NCBI GenBank assembly: GCA_045630825.1
Contig: JAZQTN010000031.1
Coordinates: forward strand, 40,118 to 104,117
Length of the DNA: 64,000 nucleotides
From: Faecousia sp.
Lineage (GTDB): Bacteria; Bacillota; Clostridia; Oscillospirales; Oscillospiraceae
Direction of reading: 5' to 3'
Shown one piece after another: positions 42,601 through 50,883 of the stretch. The notes below the pieces were generated by a model. It saw only the letters and a program-made list of their open reading frames with translations. It had not been told where the DNA came from and did no database searches. Every line of letters starts with the position of its first letter. The stretch's first letter is position 1. The translations under genes were made by a program, and so were the position numbers.

Positions 42601-44446
42601 AGATCAGTACCTCCTGAATCTTCTTAGCAATGGATTGTGCATTCAAGCCGTGCTTTTGGTACAGATGCTCGATACTGCCGTGGGTTACATATTCACTGCC
42701 CAGATCCATACCGGTAAATTTGCAGCCGCCAATTTTGCTGAGTTGATAGCCGAGATCGGCACAAATGCCAGAGTTGGCACAGGTCTCCTCTACCACAAAA
42801 GCGTGGGAAACGCCTGCTAGTTCCTCGGTAAGTGCATTGATAGGCAGCGGATTCAAGCAGGTAAGGCGGAGGACTTTAGCCTCAATCCCTTGCTGAGCCA
42901 AAAGATCAGCGGCAACAACAGCTTGATTAATTAATGTTCCATAGGTAATAATGGCGCATTTACAACCATTACGATGGTTAACAACACCCTGTCCGACGCA
43001 GCAGGAAGTGGAATATTGCCCATCTCCCCCTCTGGGATAACGGATGGCTACAGGGCCGTTACATTCATTTACGGACCAGGTCAGCATTTGTCTTAGTTCT
43101 TCACAGCTAGCAGGCGCCAGAACGGTCATACCCGGGATTTGACGCAGAAATCCCACATCAAATACGCCGTGGTGCGTTTCACCGTCTTCGCCAACCAGAC
43201 CTGCCCGGTCAACAGCAAAGACAACATGTAGCTTCAGCATTGCGATATCCTGCAGAAGCTGGTCAAAAGACCGCTGCAGGAAAGTGGAATACACAGCTAC
43301 AACAGGTACCATTCCCTGCTTTGCCAGACCACCGGCCATAGAGACAGCGTGTTCCTCTGCAATACCAACATCGAAGAGTCTATTAGGGAATTTCTCCTTA
43401 AACTGCAAAAGGCCCGTACCGCCGGGCATAGCGGCGGTAATGGCGCAGATGCGTGTATCTTGTTGGGCCAGGTTGATCAGCTGATCGCCGAATACATCGG
43501 AAAATGTGCAGTCACCCTTGAGGGGTGTTTTGCCGGACTCCGGATCAAAGCAGCCCACACCATGAAACTGGGACGGGCTGGTCTCTGCATATTTATACCC
43601 TTTTCCCTTTTGGGTAAGCACATGAACAAGGACAGGCTTGCCTAATTCCTTTGCTGATTGCAGAAGGGATATTAAGTTTTCTGTATCATGGCCATCCACG
43701 GGTCCCAGATAGGTAAAGCCCATGTTTTCAAAAATGGTAGTGGGCAAAAGCACTCGCTTAAGCCACTCTTTCATTCTGCTGGTAATCCGATAGATCGCTT
43801 TGCCGCCGGGAATTGCTGTAAGGAAATGGCGGTAATGCTCTTTCATACCCAGGTATTTTTCCTTGGTGCGAAGACGGGATAGATGCCGTGCAAAGCCGCC
43901 TACATTGCGGTCGATGGACATCTCGTTGTCGTTGAGGATCACGATCATCGATTCGCCGCTGTCAGCAGCATCGTTAAGACCCTCATAAGCCATACCGCCG
44001 GTGGCGGCACCATCGCCGATAACGGCAACAACATCGTAATCGTGGCTCTGCAGCGTTCTGGCACGAGCCATACCCAAAGCAATAGATACAGAATTTGACG
44101 CGTGGCCAGCTACAAAGGCATCGGTAACGCTCTCGCCAGGCTTGGGAAATCCGGCAATTCCGCCAAACTGACGAAGGTGCGCAAAATCCGCCTGGCGGCC
44201 GGTCAGCAGCTTATGGACATAGGACTGATGACCCACATCAAATACCAGACGGTCTTTTTCGGTATCAAAAACGGTTTCAAGCGCAACAGTCAGCTCAACA
44301 ACACCCAAATTGGAGGCAAGATGGCCACCGGTTTTGGAAATGTTATCAATGAGGAACTGCCGGATCTGTGTACACAGTTCTCTGCGCTCGTTCGCGTCCA
44401 GAGCAACTAAATCACCGTGCCCGCTAATTCTTTGTAATATATTCAA
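42590..44446 (-). CDS. dxs: 1-deoxy-D-xylulose-5-phosphate synthase
   Basis: GGHLASNLG, DVGHQ, GDG, DRAGLVGEDGETH. Confidence 0.97.
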   Translation of the reverse strand: MNILQRISGHGDLVALDANERRELCTQIRQFLIDNISKTGGHLASNLGVVELTVALETVFDTEKDRLVFDVGHQSYVHKLLTGRQADFAHLRQFGGIAGFPKPGESVTDAFVAGHASNSVSIALGMARARTLQSHDYDVVAVIGDGAATGGMAYEGLNDAADSGESMIVILNDNEMSIDRNVGGFARHLSRLRTKEKYLGMKEHYRHFLTAIPGGKAIYRITSRMKEWLKRVLLPTTIFENMGFTYLGPVDGHDTENLISLLQSAKELGKPVLVHVLTQKGKGYKYAETSPSQFHGVGCFDPESGKTPLKGDCTFSDVFGDQLINLAQQDTRICAITAAMPGGTGLLQFKEKFPNRLFDVGIAEEHAVSMAGGLAKQGMVPVVAVYSTFLQRSFDQLLQDIAMLKLHVVFAVDRAGLVGEDGETHHGVFDVGFLRQIPGMTVLAPASCEELRQMLTWSVNECNGPVAIRYPRGGDGQYSTSCCVGQGVVNHRNGCKCAIITYGTLINQAVVAADLLAQQGIEAKVLRLTCLNPLPINALTEELAGVSHAFVVEETCANSGICADLGYQLSKIGGCKFTGMDLGSEYVTHGSIEHLYQKHGLNAQSIAKKIQEVLICEN

Positions 44447-44462
44447 AACGAAACACTACCTG

Positions 44463-45050
44463 TCATTTTTTCTTTTTCTTCCATAACTGGGGGAAACTGT
44501 GCATCCAGTAAAGGAATTTTCCAACGTTATGGACAATGTTAGTGGAGGAATTTACGGCAAAGGTCTTACCGATTGCCTTGCCGCCCACCGTAAGGCCTGC
44601 CACCAGTGCAGACATCACCAGGATGACCAGTCTGGGCCAGGTGAATTCAAAGTGACGCAGAACTTGTGCAGCAATGGTGGCGGAAGCAGATCCGGACACA
44701 ACGCCGCAGATATCGCCAACCACATCGTTACAAATGGAGCTGACCTTTTCTGCCTGACGGAGCAGCTGGATAGCCTCCTTTGCACCGGGCACCTTTCGTG
44801 CAGCCATTGCGTGGAAAGGAGTTTCGTCAGCGGATGTAACGGAAACTCCGATAATATCGAAGAGAATACCGATCAAAACGATGATGAAGAGTATCAAAAA
44901 CGCAACATAGATAGAGCTGCTTGCCATAACCTCTTCCGAGATCAGGGAAATTAGAGCAGATACAAAGATTGTTACCAAAAAAATGGTAACAACCCACCGG
45001 ACAGTCTTATTCCGTTGCTTTTTTGCGGTGCTAGGGTCAGATTTAGACAC
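44463..45050 (-). CDS. oapA: OLE-associated protein A (CNNM/DUF21-like)
   Basis: 195 aa with TMs; LFDIIGV..TSADETPFHAMAA and CNDVVGDICGVVSG; lies directly downstream of the OLE RNA and upstream of dxs-tlyA-nadK-argR-recN. Confidence 0.9.
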   Translation of the reverse strand: MSKSDPSTAKKQRNKTVRWVVTIFLVTIFVSALISLISEEVMASSSIYVAFLILFIIVLIGILFDIIGVSVTSADETPFHAMAARKVPGAKEAIQLLRQAEKVSSICNDVVGDICGVVSGSASATIAAQVLRHFEFTWPRLVILVMSALVAGLTVGGKAIGKTFAVNSSTNIVHNVGKFLYWMHSFPQLWKKKKK

Positions 45051-45077
45051 AGGAATTTCTCCTTAAAATGTAAAGTA

Positions 45078-45689
45078 TGACGGTAGCAGGCAGGATAAAT
45101 CTTACGGCTTAGGTCGGGTTGGTTTTCCCCATACAGAACCTGCCGTTGCCGCGCAGGCCGTTTCCGTTTGATCCGCATGTCCAAGTGTCGCCATCTTGGC
45201 TACCCGATAGCCACTGAGTCCGTACTGTAATCCCCTGCCTGCCCAATTACGACAGCCTAGGTGATTTCCACAGCAGAACAAACCAAATCTTAGCCTCTTT
45301 TGCAAGGATGATTTCCAGAAGCGCTATCACCGGATGCTATGGCCGTAGCTTCCGGTGCTTGTCATCTTTCCCAACATACTCACTCAAGGCAGGCTACACT
45401 GCACGTAGCACACGATTCTGTGCACCACTTTGCAGGTTCATACCGGATTCGTACGCGAAGAGGCTTCCACCAAATGGAGTTCTCAACTTCGTCGCACAAG
45501 ATTCCGGTCTCCACGGAAACCGGGTCGTATGCTCCATGCCATTGAAGCGCGCCCGGGATCCTTAACCCCCAGCATCCACCCTAAACTGGGCGTAAAAAGC
45601 AGACACCAGGGACTTCATCGATATGCCCTTCATAGGATTTTTAGGCCCTACCTGGAAGAGGCCGTTCTGACTAGGATACTGCACCGTCA
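45078..45689 (-). ncRNA. ole: OLE (ornate, large, extremophilic) RNA, ~610 nt
   Basis: Minus strand begins UGACGGUGCAGUAUCCUAGUCAG, and its 5' end pairs with the 3' end CUGCUACCGUCA. Contains motifs recalled as OLE-typical (GGGCCUAAAAAUCC, UCGAUGAAGU, GUAGCCUGCCUUGAGU, GGGGAUUACAG, ACCUAAGCC). Length and oapA adjacency fit. Confidence 0.93.
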
Positions 45690-45695
45690 AAGTGT

Positions 45696-45724
45696 ATATT
45701 ATCACATTATTTATGAATATACAA
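45696..45724 (-). promoter_or_regulatory. sigmaA-like promoter of ole
   Basis: Minus strand TTGTAT-17 bp-TAATAT, a few bases before the RNA 5' helix. Confidence 0.6.
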
Positions 45725-45758
45725 GTATTCATTAAAAATTTTTCTCTGTAAAATATGC

Positions 45759-45786
45759 AAAAACCGCCCTGATATGCAGGGCGGTC
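45759..45786 (-). terminator. Terminator of the dinB-nudix operon, insulating ole
   Basis: Minus strand ACCGCCCTG-CATAT-CAGGGCGGT followed by TTTT. Confidence 0.8.
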
Positions 45787-45788
45787 TG

Positions 45789-46256
45789 TTATTTGTTCAG
45801 AAACCATTCTTCTACGATATCGCTGTGCGTAATGACGATGTCGATATCTTTGATTTCCGCCTTACTGAAAAAGCGGAGTTCTCTGGATTCTGCGCTGATA
45901 CGGAGCAGCGGCTCAGATTCCAGATTAAGACCAAACACAACGATCACCATTCGCCATACGCTGCCGTCCTGATAGGCGGCAATTCGTCCCGGCTCACCGT
46001 AAACACCAAGTTTGCAAAGCTGTTCCTTACGGACACGGATACCAAGTTCTTCGTAAATTTCCCGGGTAATGGCCTGCAGTTCAGTTTCGTGCTTTTTTAC
46101 ACCGCCGCCGACCAGTCCCCAAGTATCGCTGTCCCGACGCTTTTCCAGCAGGAGCTTTCCGTTACAGGTCAGTATCACATTGGCGCCCAAATGGGCAGGC
46201 ATCGTGGTTTTGGGGGCATTTTTGGGGTCGCCCCGGTAAAATTTTACGATGGACAC
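45789..46256 (-). CDS. NUDIX hydrolase
   Basis: GGGVKKHETELQAITREIYEELG Nudix box. Confidence 0.88.
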   Translation of the reverse strand: MSIVKFYRGDPKNAPKTTMPAHLGANVILTCNGKLLLEKRRDSDTWGLVGGGVKKHETELQAITREIYEELGIRVRKEQLCKLGVYGEPGRIAAYQDGSVWRMVIVVFGLNLESEPLLRISAESRELRFFSKAEIKDIDIVITHSDIVEEWFLNK

Positions 46257-46319
46257 GCTATCGCCTCCCGTTGAATAATGTTATTCGTATTATACAACGC
46301 ATATATTGGAATTTCTACC

Positions 46320-47597
46320 CTAAAATTCGTCAGGAACGGGTTTCGTAACGCCGGTGCGTCTGGCTTTGTCCAGACCGCCGGACATATGACCGTCAGGATC
46401 TTGGGCAAATTTCGCCCGCCGAATGATCTCTTCGCCGAACTTATCCCGCAGGGCATCTACCGTTTCATCCAGCTTGATTTTGCGCTCGTATCGTTCAGGA
46501 CTCATTCCGGAAAATAGGTCATACTGCTGATACGGCTCGGCTGAAAGACGGGTTATCTGCACCCCCAACTGCCGCAAAGGCGTAACCCGGTCCCACATCT
46601 CGTCAAAGACACGGCAGGCAGCCTCAAAGATCTCACCGGTGATGTTGGTAGCACCCAGCAGCACCGCCTGATGGGATGCGTGGGAGAAGTCATTGGTACG
46701 TAGATGGACGCTGATACAGCCGCCGCTCTTTCCGTCTTTACGCATCCGGGTAGCCACGGTTTCGCACAGGCTCAGCAGCACCTGATGTGCCTGATCTGTG
46801 GTTACAATATCCTTAGGCGTGGTAACAGAGTTTCCGTAGCCTTTATTTTCCTGAGGCTCGGGCGTTACAGCATCTGCGTTTCGACCGTTGGCAAAATGCC
46901 AGATGGTTTCGCCGTGCTTTCCAAGGCGCTTGCGCAGAACAGATACATCCGCTTTTGCCAAATCACCGATGGTGTATATTCCGTATACTTTCAGCTTTTT
47001 TTCAGTTGCCGGACCCACCAGAAACAGATCCCGTACCGGGAGCGACCACATTTTTTCTTCCATTTCCTCCGGAAAAAGGGTATGCACTTTATTGGGTTTT
47101 TCAAAATCTCCGGCCATTTTTGCCAGCAGCTTATTACTGGAGATGCCAATATTGACAGTAAAGCCCAATTCATCATTGATTCGTTGGCGCATCTTTTCCG
47201 CTGCCAACCGGGGGCTACCGAAGATTCGCTCTGTGCCTGTCATATCCACCCAGGCTTCATCTATGGAATACTGCTGCACCTGAGGACTGAACTGCCGCAG
47301 CATCTCCACAAAGTGGCGGCTGGCTTCTACATACAACGGGTAGTCCGGCGCCACAACCTTCAGCTGCGGACATTTTTCCAGCGCCTGAAACAATGGCTCA
47401 CCTGTCTGGATACCGAATTTCTTCGCCGGGGTGCTTCTTGCAAGAATAATGCTGTGCCGGGATTCCTTATCCCCTGCCACTACCGATGGGATATCCCTTA
47501 AATCCTCGGTTTCCCCCAGCACCTTGACCCGGTAAGCAGCAGACCAGCTTAAAAATGCGGAATTGGCATCCACATGGAAGATCACACGCTGCGCCAT
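46320..47597 (-). CDS. dinB: Y-family DNA polymerase (DinB/Pol IV-like)
   Basis: ATG 47597; FHVDANSAFLSW, YSIDEAW, KLLAKMA..KPN. Confidence 0.92.
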   Translation of the reverse strand: MAQRVIFHVDANSAFLSWSAAYRVKVLGETEDLRDIPSVVAGDKESRHSIILARSTPAKKFGIQTGEPLFQALEKCPQLKVVAPDYPLYVEASRHFVEMLRQFSPQVQQYSIDEAWVDMTGTERIFGSPRLAAEKMRQRINDELGFTVNIGISSNKLLAKMAGDFEKPNKVHTLFPEEMEEKMWSLPVRDLFLVGPATEKKLKVYGIYTIGDLAKADVSVLRKRLGKHGETIWHFANGRNADAVTPEPQENKGYGNSVTTPKDIVTTDQAHQVLLSLCETVATRMRKDGKSGGCISVHLRTNDFSHASHQAVLLGATNITGEIFEAACRVFDEMWDRVTPLRQLGVQITRLSAEPYQQYDLFSGMSPERYERKIKLDETVDALRDKFGEEIIRRAKFAQDPDGHMSGGLDKARRTGVTKPVPDEF

Positions 47598-47598
47598 A

Positions 47599-47862
47599 TC
47601 AATACACTCTCCTGAAAAAGCACCAGCTATGGGTGCGAATGGTATACTTGAGTTCAAACAGCCACTGCTTCCCTGCCACTTTTGCTTTGCACAGAAAGAT
47701 CTGGGCTTCAATACCAACGAACTGAATGGGGCGTATGCTGATGATCTCGTCGATATCTACCCGGAGCAGCTGATGCTGTTCGTCCTCCATACGCAGCCGC
47801 AGGGGCCGGATATCGCCGTTAGCGCTGCATACGGAAATTACATCTACCGGCTGATTGCACAT
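47599..47862 (-). CDS. Small hypothetical protein co-transcribed with dinB (87 aa)
   Basis: ATG 47862 after GGAGGTG; stop codon 1 bp before the dinB start. Confidence 0.8.
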   Translation of the reverse strand: MCNQPVDVISVCSANGDIRPLRLRMEDEQHQLLRVDIDEIISIRPIQFVGIEAQIFLCKAKVAGKQWLFELKYTIRTHSWCFFRRVY

Positions 47863-47891
47863 ATTCCGACCACCTCCGTTCATTTGTTTTA

Positions 47892-47920
47892 ATTATAGCA
47901 CATTTGTTCTATAATGGCAA
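47892..47920 (-). promoter_or_regulatory. sigmaA promoter with embedded LexA (SOS) box
   Basis: Minus strand TTGCCA-17 bp-TATAAT; the spacer contains GAAC-AAAT-GTGC, 1 mismatch to the Firmicutes box GAAC-N4-GTTC. Confidence 0.75.
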
Positions 47921-47987
47921 GTGGAATTTTCCGGTTGTCATATTTCCCTCTCTTTGCTATAATAAAGAAAAAGAAAGTTGGTGAAAA

Positions 47988-49127
47988 ATGGAGATCGTGT
48001 TGCGAAAGATTTATCCGGAGGATCAGGAATTTTTCCTCGATATCCTGACAGATAACACTGTGAATAAGACATATATGCTCCCGGATTTTGGCTCCAGAGC
48101 CGATGCGATCCCACTTTTTCAGCGGCTTAGGTCTTTATCTGAGGACGGCAATCGTTTTGTCCGCTGTATCAGCAACGGTGATACGGCAGTTGGCTTTCTG
48201 AATGATGTGGAAATCAAAGACGGAAAGATTGAGCTTGGCTATGCAATCCACCCTAAGCATCACAACAAAGGTTATATGACTGCAGCGCTGAAAGCTGCAA
48301 TAGCCGAACTGTTTGATATGGGGCTTCATGAGGTGATCTGCGGCGCCTTTGAGGGAAATGATGCCAGTATGCGGGTAATGGAAAAAAGCGGCATGCAGCG
48401 TATCCCCTACTCCGACACCGTAGATTATCGTGGACAAACGCACAAGTGCATTTACTATGCCACTAAAAAGCCCAGATATCGCTGTCTGGTGCTGGACCAT
48501 GATGATACTGTGGTGCAAACGGAGAAAACCCTTGGATATCCCTATTTCTGCAAAATCCTGGAGCAGTTCCGCCCAGGTCAGACTATCTCTTTCCATGATT
48601 ATGTGTTGGATTGCCATGAATTGGGTTTTGTGGAAATGACACGCAAGCGCTGGCAATTTACGCCAGATGAACAGAAAGAGGAATACCGAGGATGGATGGA
48701 GTATGTTATGACCCATATTCCAGCTGTATTCGACGGGATCGGCGATGTGATACGCCGGCAGAAAGAGGCGAGCGGTATCATATGCGTGGTTTCTCATTCG
48801 AGCCGGGAAAACATCACACGGGATTATCAGCATCACTTTGGCATTACACCTGATGCGATCTATGGCTTTGATCTACCTCCTGAACAGCGCAAACCAAACC
48901 CCTACCCCCTGCTGGACATTATGGAGAAATACGATCTTGCGCCATCGGATATTCTGGTGGTGGACGATATGAAGCTGGCGTGGAAAATGGCGAAAACCGC
49001 CGGCGTTCCCATTGCCTTTGCGGCTTGGGGAAAACAGGAGTTCCCGGAACTAAGCGAAGAGATGACCGAGTTGTGCGATTATAGCTTTATTTCCCCCGCG
49101 GAACTTGCAAATTTCTTGTTTGATTGA
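47988..49127 (+). CDS. GNAT acetyltransferase-HAD hydrolase fusion
   Basis: RimJ/L-type N-terminus (ELGYAIHP..HNKGYMT, NDASMRVMEKSGM) plus HAD domain (LDHDDT, KPNP, VDDM). Confidence 0.85.
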   Translation: MEIVLRKIYPEDQEFFLDILTDNTVNKTYMLPDFGSRADAIPLFQRLRSLSEDGNRFVRCISNGDTAVGFLNDVEIKDGKIELGYAIHPKHHNKGYMTAALKAAIAELFDMGLHEVICGAFEGNDASMRVMEKSGMQRIPYSDTVDYRGQTHKCIYYATKKPRYRCLVLDHDDTVVQTEKTLGYPYFCKILEQFRPGQTISFHDYVLDCHELGFVEMTRKRWQFTPDEQKEEYRGWMEYVMTHIPAVFDGIGDVIRRQKEASGIICVVSHSSRENITRDYQHHFGITPDAIYGFDLPPEQRKPNPYPLLDIMEKYDLAPSDILVVDDMKLAWKMAKTAGVPIAFAAWGKQEFPELSEEMTELCDYSFISPAELANFLFD

Positions 49128-49171
49128 CTTGACACCCGTGTTATAATACACCCAGTATTGGAGGTGAGACC

Positions 49172-49633
49172 TTGGCAACTGAATCAATTAAGGTAATGGC
49201 CCGGAATCGGGAGGCAAGCCACGAATACTTCATCGAAGAAGAGATGGAGGCCGGCATTGAGCTGATGGGTACCGAGGTCAAATCCATCCGTGCTGGCACA
49301 TTGAATCTTAAGGACGCTTGGTGCGGCATTAAAGACGGTGAACTTCTGGTAAACCAGATGCACATTTCCCCTTACGACCACGGTAACCGTTTTAATCCAG
49401 ACTCCCGCAGGCCCCGTCGCCTGCTGATGCACAAGCGGGAGATCATGCGGCTGTACGGTAAAGTAAAGCAGGACGGCTATTCCCTCATCCCCTTGTCTGT
49501 TTATCTTAAGGGGAGCCGTGTAAAGGTCAAGGTTGGCCTTTGTAAAGGTAAAAAACTGTACGATAAGCGGCAATCTGCAGCCGAGCGGGATGCAAAGCGC
49601 CAGATCGACCGCGCTATGAAAGAGAGGTACTAA
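49172..49633 (+). CDS. smpB: SsrA-binding protein
   Basis: NREA, EAGIELMGTEVKSIR, GKKLYDKR. Confidence 0.97.
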   Translation: MATESIKVMARNREASHEYFIEEEMEAGIELMGTEVKSIRAGTLNLKDAWCGIKDGELLVNQMHISPYDHGNRFNPDSRRPRRLLMHKREIMRLYGKVKQDGYSLIPLSVYLKGSRVKVKVGLCKGKKLYDKRQSAAERDAKRQIDRAMKERY

Positions 49634-49636
49634 ATT

Positions 49637-50176
49637 ATGGCAAATCCTACTTTTAAGATCACAATGGAGAACGGTGGCATTATCGAGGGAGAACTGTATC
49701 CCGATATTGCGCCCCAGAGCGTGAATAATTTCATTGATCTTGCCAACCATAATTACTATGACGGTTTGATCTTCCACCGTGTCATTCCTGGATTTATGAT
49801 CCAGGGTGGCTGCCCTGAGGGTACCGGTATGGGCGGCCCTGGCTACTGCATCAAGGGCGAGTTCTTCTTCAATGGCGTTAAGAACGAGCTGAAGCATAAG
49901 CGCGGCGTTTTGAGCATGGCACGCTCCTCTTCCCCCAACTCCGCCGGTTCTCAGTTCTTTATTATGCACCAGGATGCAAAGCATCTGGATGGTCAGTATG
50001 CTGCTTTCGGTAAGGTTACCTCCGGCTTGGAGGTCGTAGATGCCATTGCTTCCACCAAAACCGGTATGCAAGACCGTCCCATAGAGGAACAGAAGATCGC
50101 ATCCATCACCGTAGACACCAAGGGCGAAACTTATCCTGAGCCCAAGAAGTTGCCTGATCCCTACGGAAGATTCTGA
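49637..50176 (+). CDS. Cyclophilin-type peptidyl-prolyl isomerase
   Basis: FHRVIPGFMIQGG, SAGSQFFI, HLDGQY. Confidence 0.94.
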   Translation: MANPTFKITMENGGIIEGELYPDIAPQSVNNFIDLANHNYYDGLIFHRVIPGFMIQGGCPEGTGMGGPGYCIKGEFFFNGVKNELKHKRGVLSMARSSSPNSAGSQFFIMHQDAKHLDGQYAAFGKVTSGLEVVDAIASTKTGMQDRPIEEQKIASITVDTKGETYPEPKKLPDPYGRF

Positions 50177-50217
50177 TAAGCTATATCCGGGGCGCAATGC
50201 CCCGGAGCTACCCATAT

Positions 50218-50565
50218 GGGGCCGTACTGGTTTCGACGGGGGTAGTGAGGCTGGAATAGCGGGTCGTGGCACCTGACCACGATAAAACGGGTACTTTTTA
50301 AATTTAACTGACAACAATACTGTTGCTCTGGCTGCCTAATTAGGCGCCCATCCGCCCCGGAAGGTCCACGAGCCGGGCTCGGGTGTGATCTGAGTGGAGA
50401 CCGTGAGTGCGTTAAGCTTTGCGCGCACCACGCATAATGAAGCTACCAAGTCCCGTAGGATGTTTGTTTCCGCCGGGATAAGGGAATGTAAATAACAAAC
50501 TGCACCCGGAGAAGTTCCTTCCAAGTTGCTTTCGGACAGGGGTTCGATTCCCCTCGGCTCCACCA
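50218..50565 (+). ncRNA. ssrA: tmRNA
   Basis: 5' GGGGCCGTACTGGTTTCGAC; 3' GGTTCGATTCCCCTCGGCTCCACCA; tag ORF (A)DNNTVALAA* at 50310-50339. Confidence 0.97.
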
Positions 50566-50601
50566 AATAAAAAGCGCCACCCATTCGGGTGGTGTTTTTT
50601 A

Positions 50602-50738
50602 TTTGGTAAGGTCAAAGTTTGGGAATCGAACCCATCTAAATGCGACGCGAATGAGCGTCGCCGGCGAGGGCTAGACCGAGCTGAACATTTATCTGTGCTA
50701 TGCGCAGATGCAAATCGATCCCCCTCGGCTCCACCAAA
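50602..50738. repeat. Small structured element with an inverted T-arm copy and a direct duplication of the tmRNA 3' end
   Basis: GGGAATCGAACCC (50621-50633) is the reverse complement of the tmRNA T-arm; TCGATCCCCCTCGGCTCCACCAAA (50715-50738) repeats the tmRNA 3' end with 1 mismatch. Confidence 0.8.
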
Positions 50739-50816
50739 AACCGACAGCTTTCCTCCGAAAACTGTCGGTTTTTAATGCAATCAACTCCTTTCAATATTGC
50801 TTTCCGTACATAAAAA

Positions 50817-50844
50817 TTGCGCATCCAAGAAATTGGATGCGCAA
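50817..50844 (-). terminator. Terminator of the ahpC-ahpF operon
   Basis: TTGCGCATCCAA-GAAA-TTGGATGCGCAA with a U-tract on the minus strand. Confidence 0.8.
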
Positions 50845-50883
50845 CTAACAGGTGTTTCAAATATAAACATTTATAGAATTATT

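Noticed and set aside
44972-45807. Several 67-101 aa ORFs on both strands
   Set aside because: No RBS or recognisable motifs; they overlap the OLE RNA.
50336-50860. Short ORFs containing VEPRGI
   Set aside because: They are antisense readings of the tmRNA 3' end and its duplicate.
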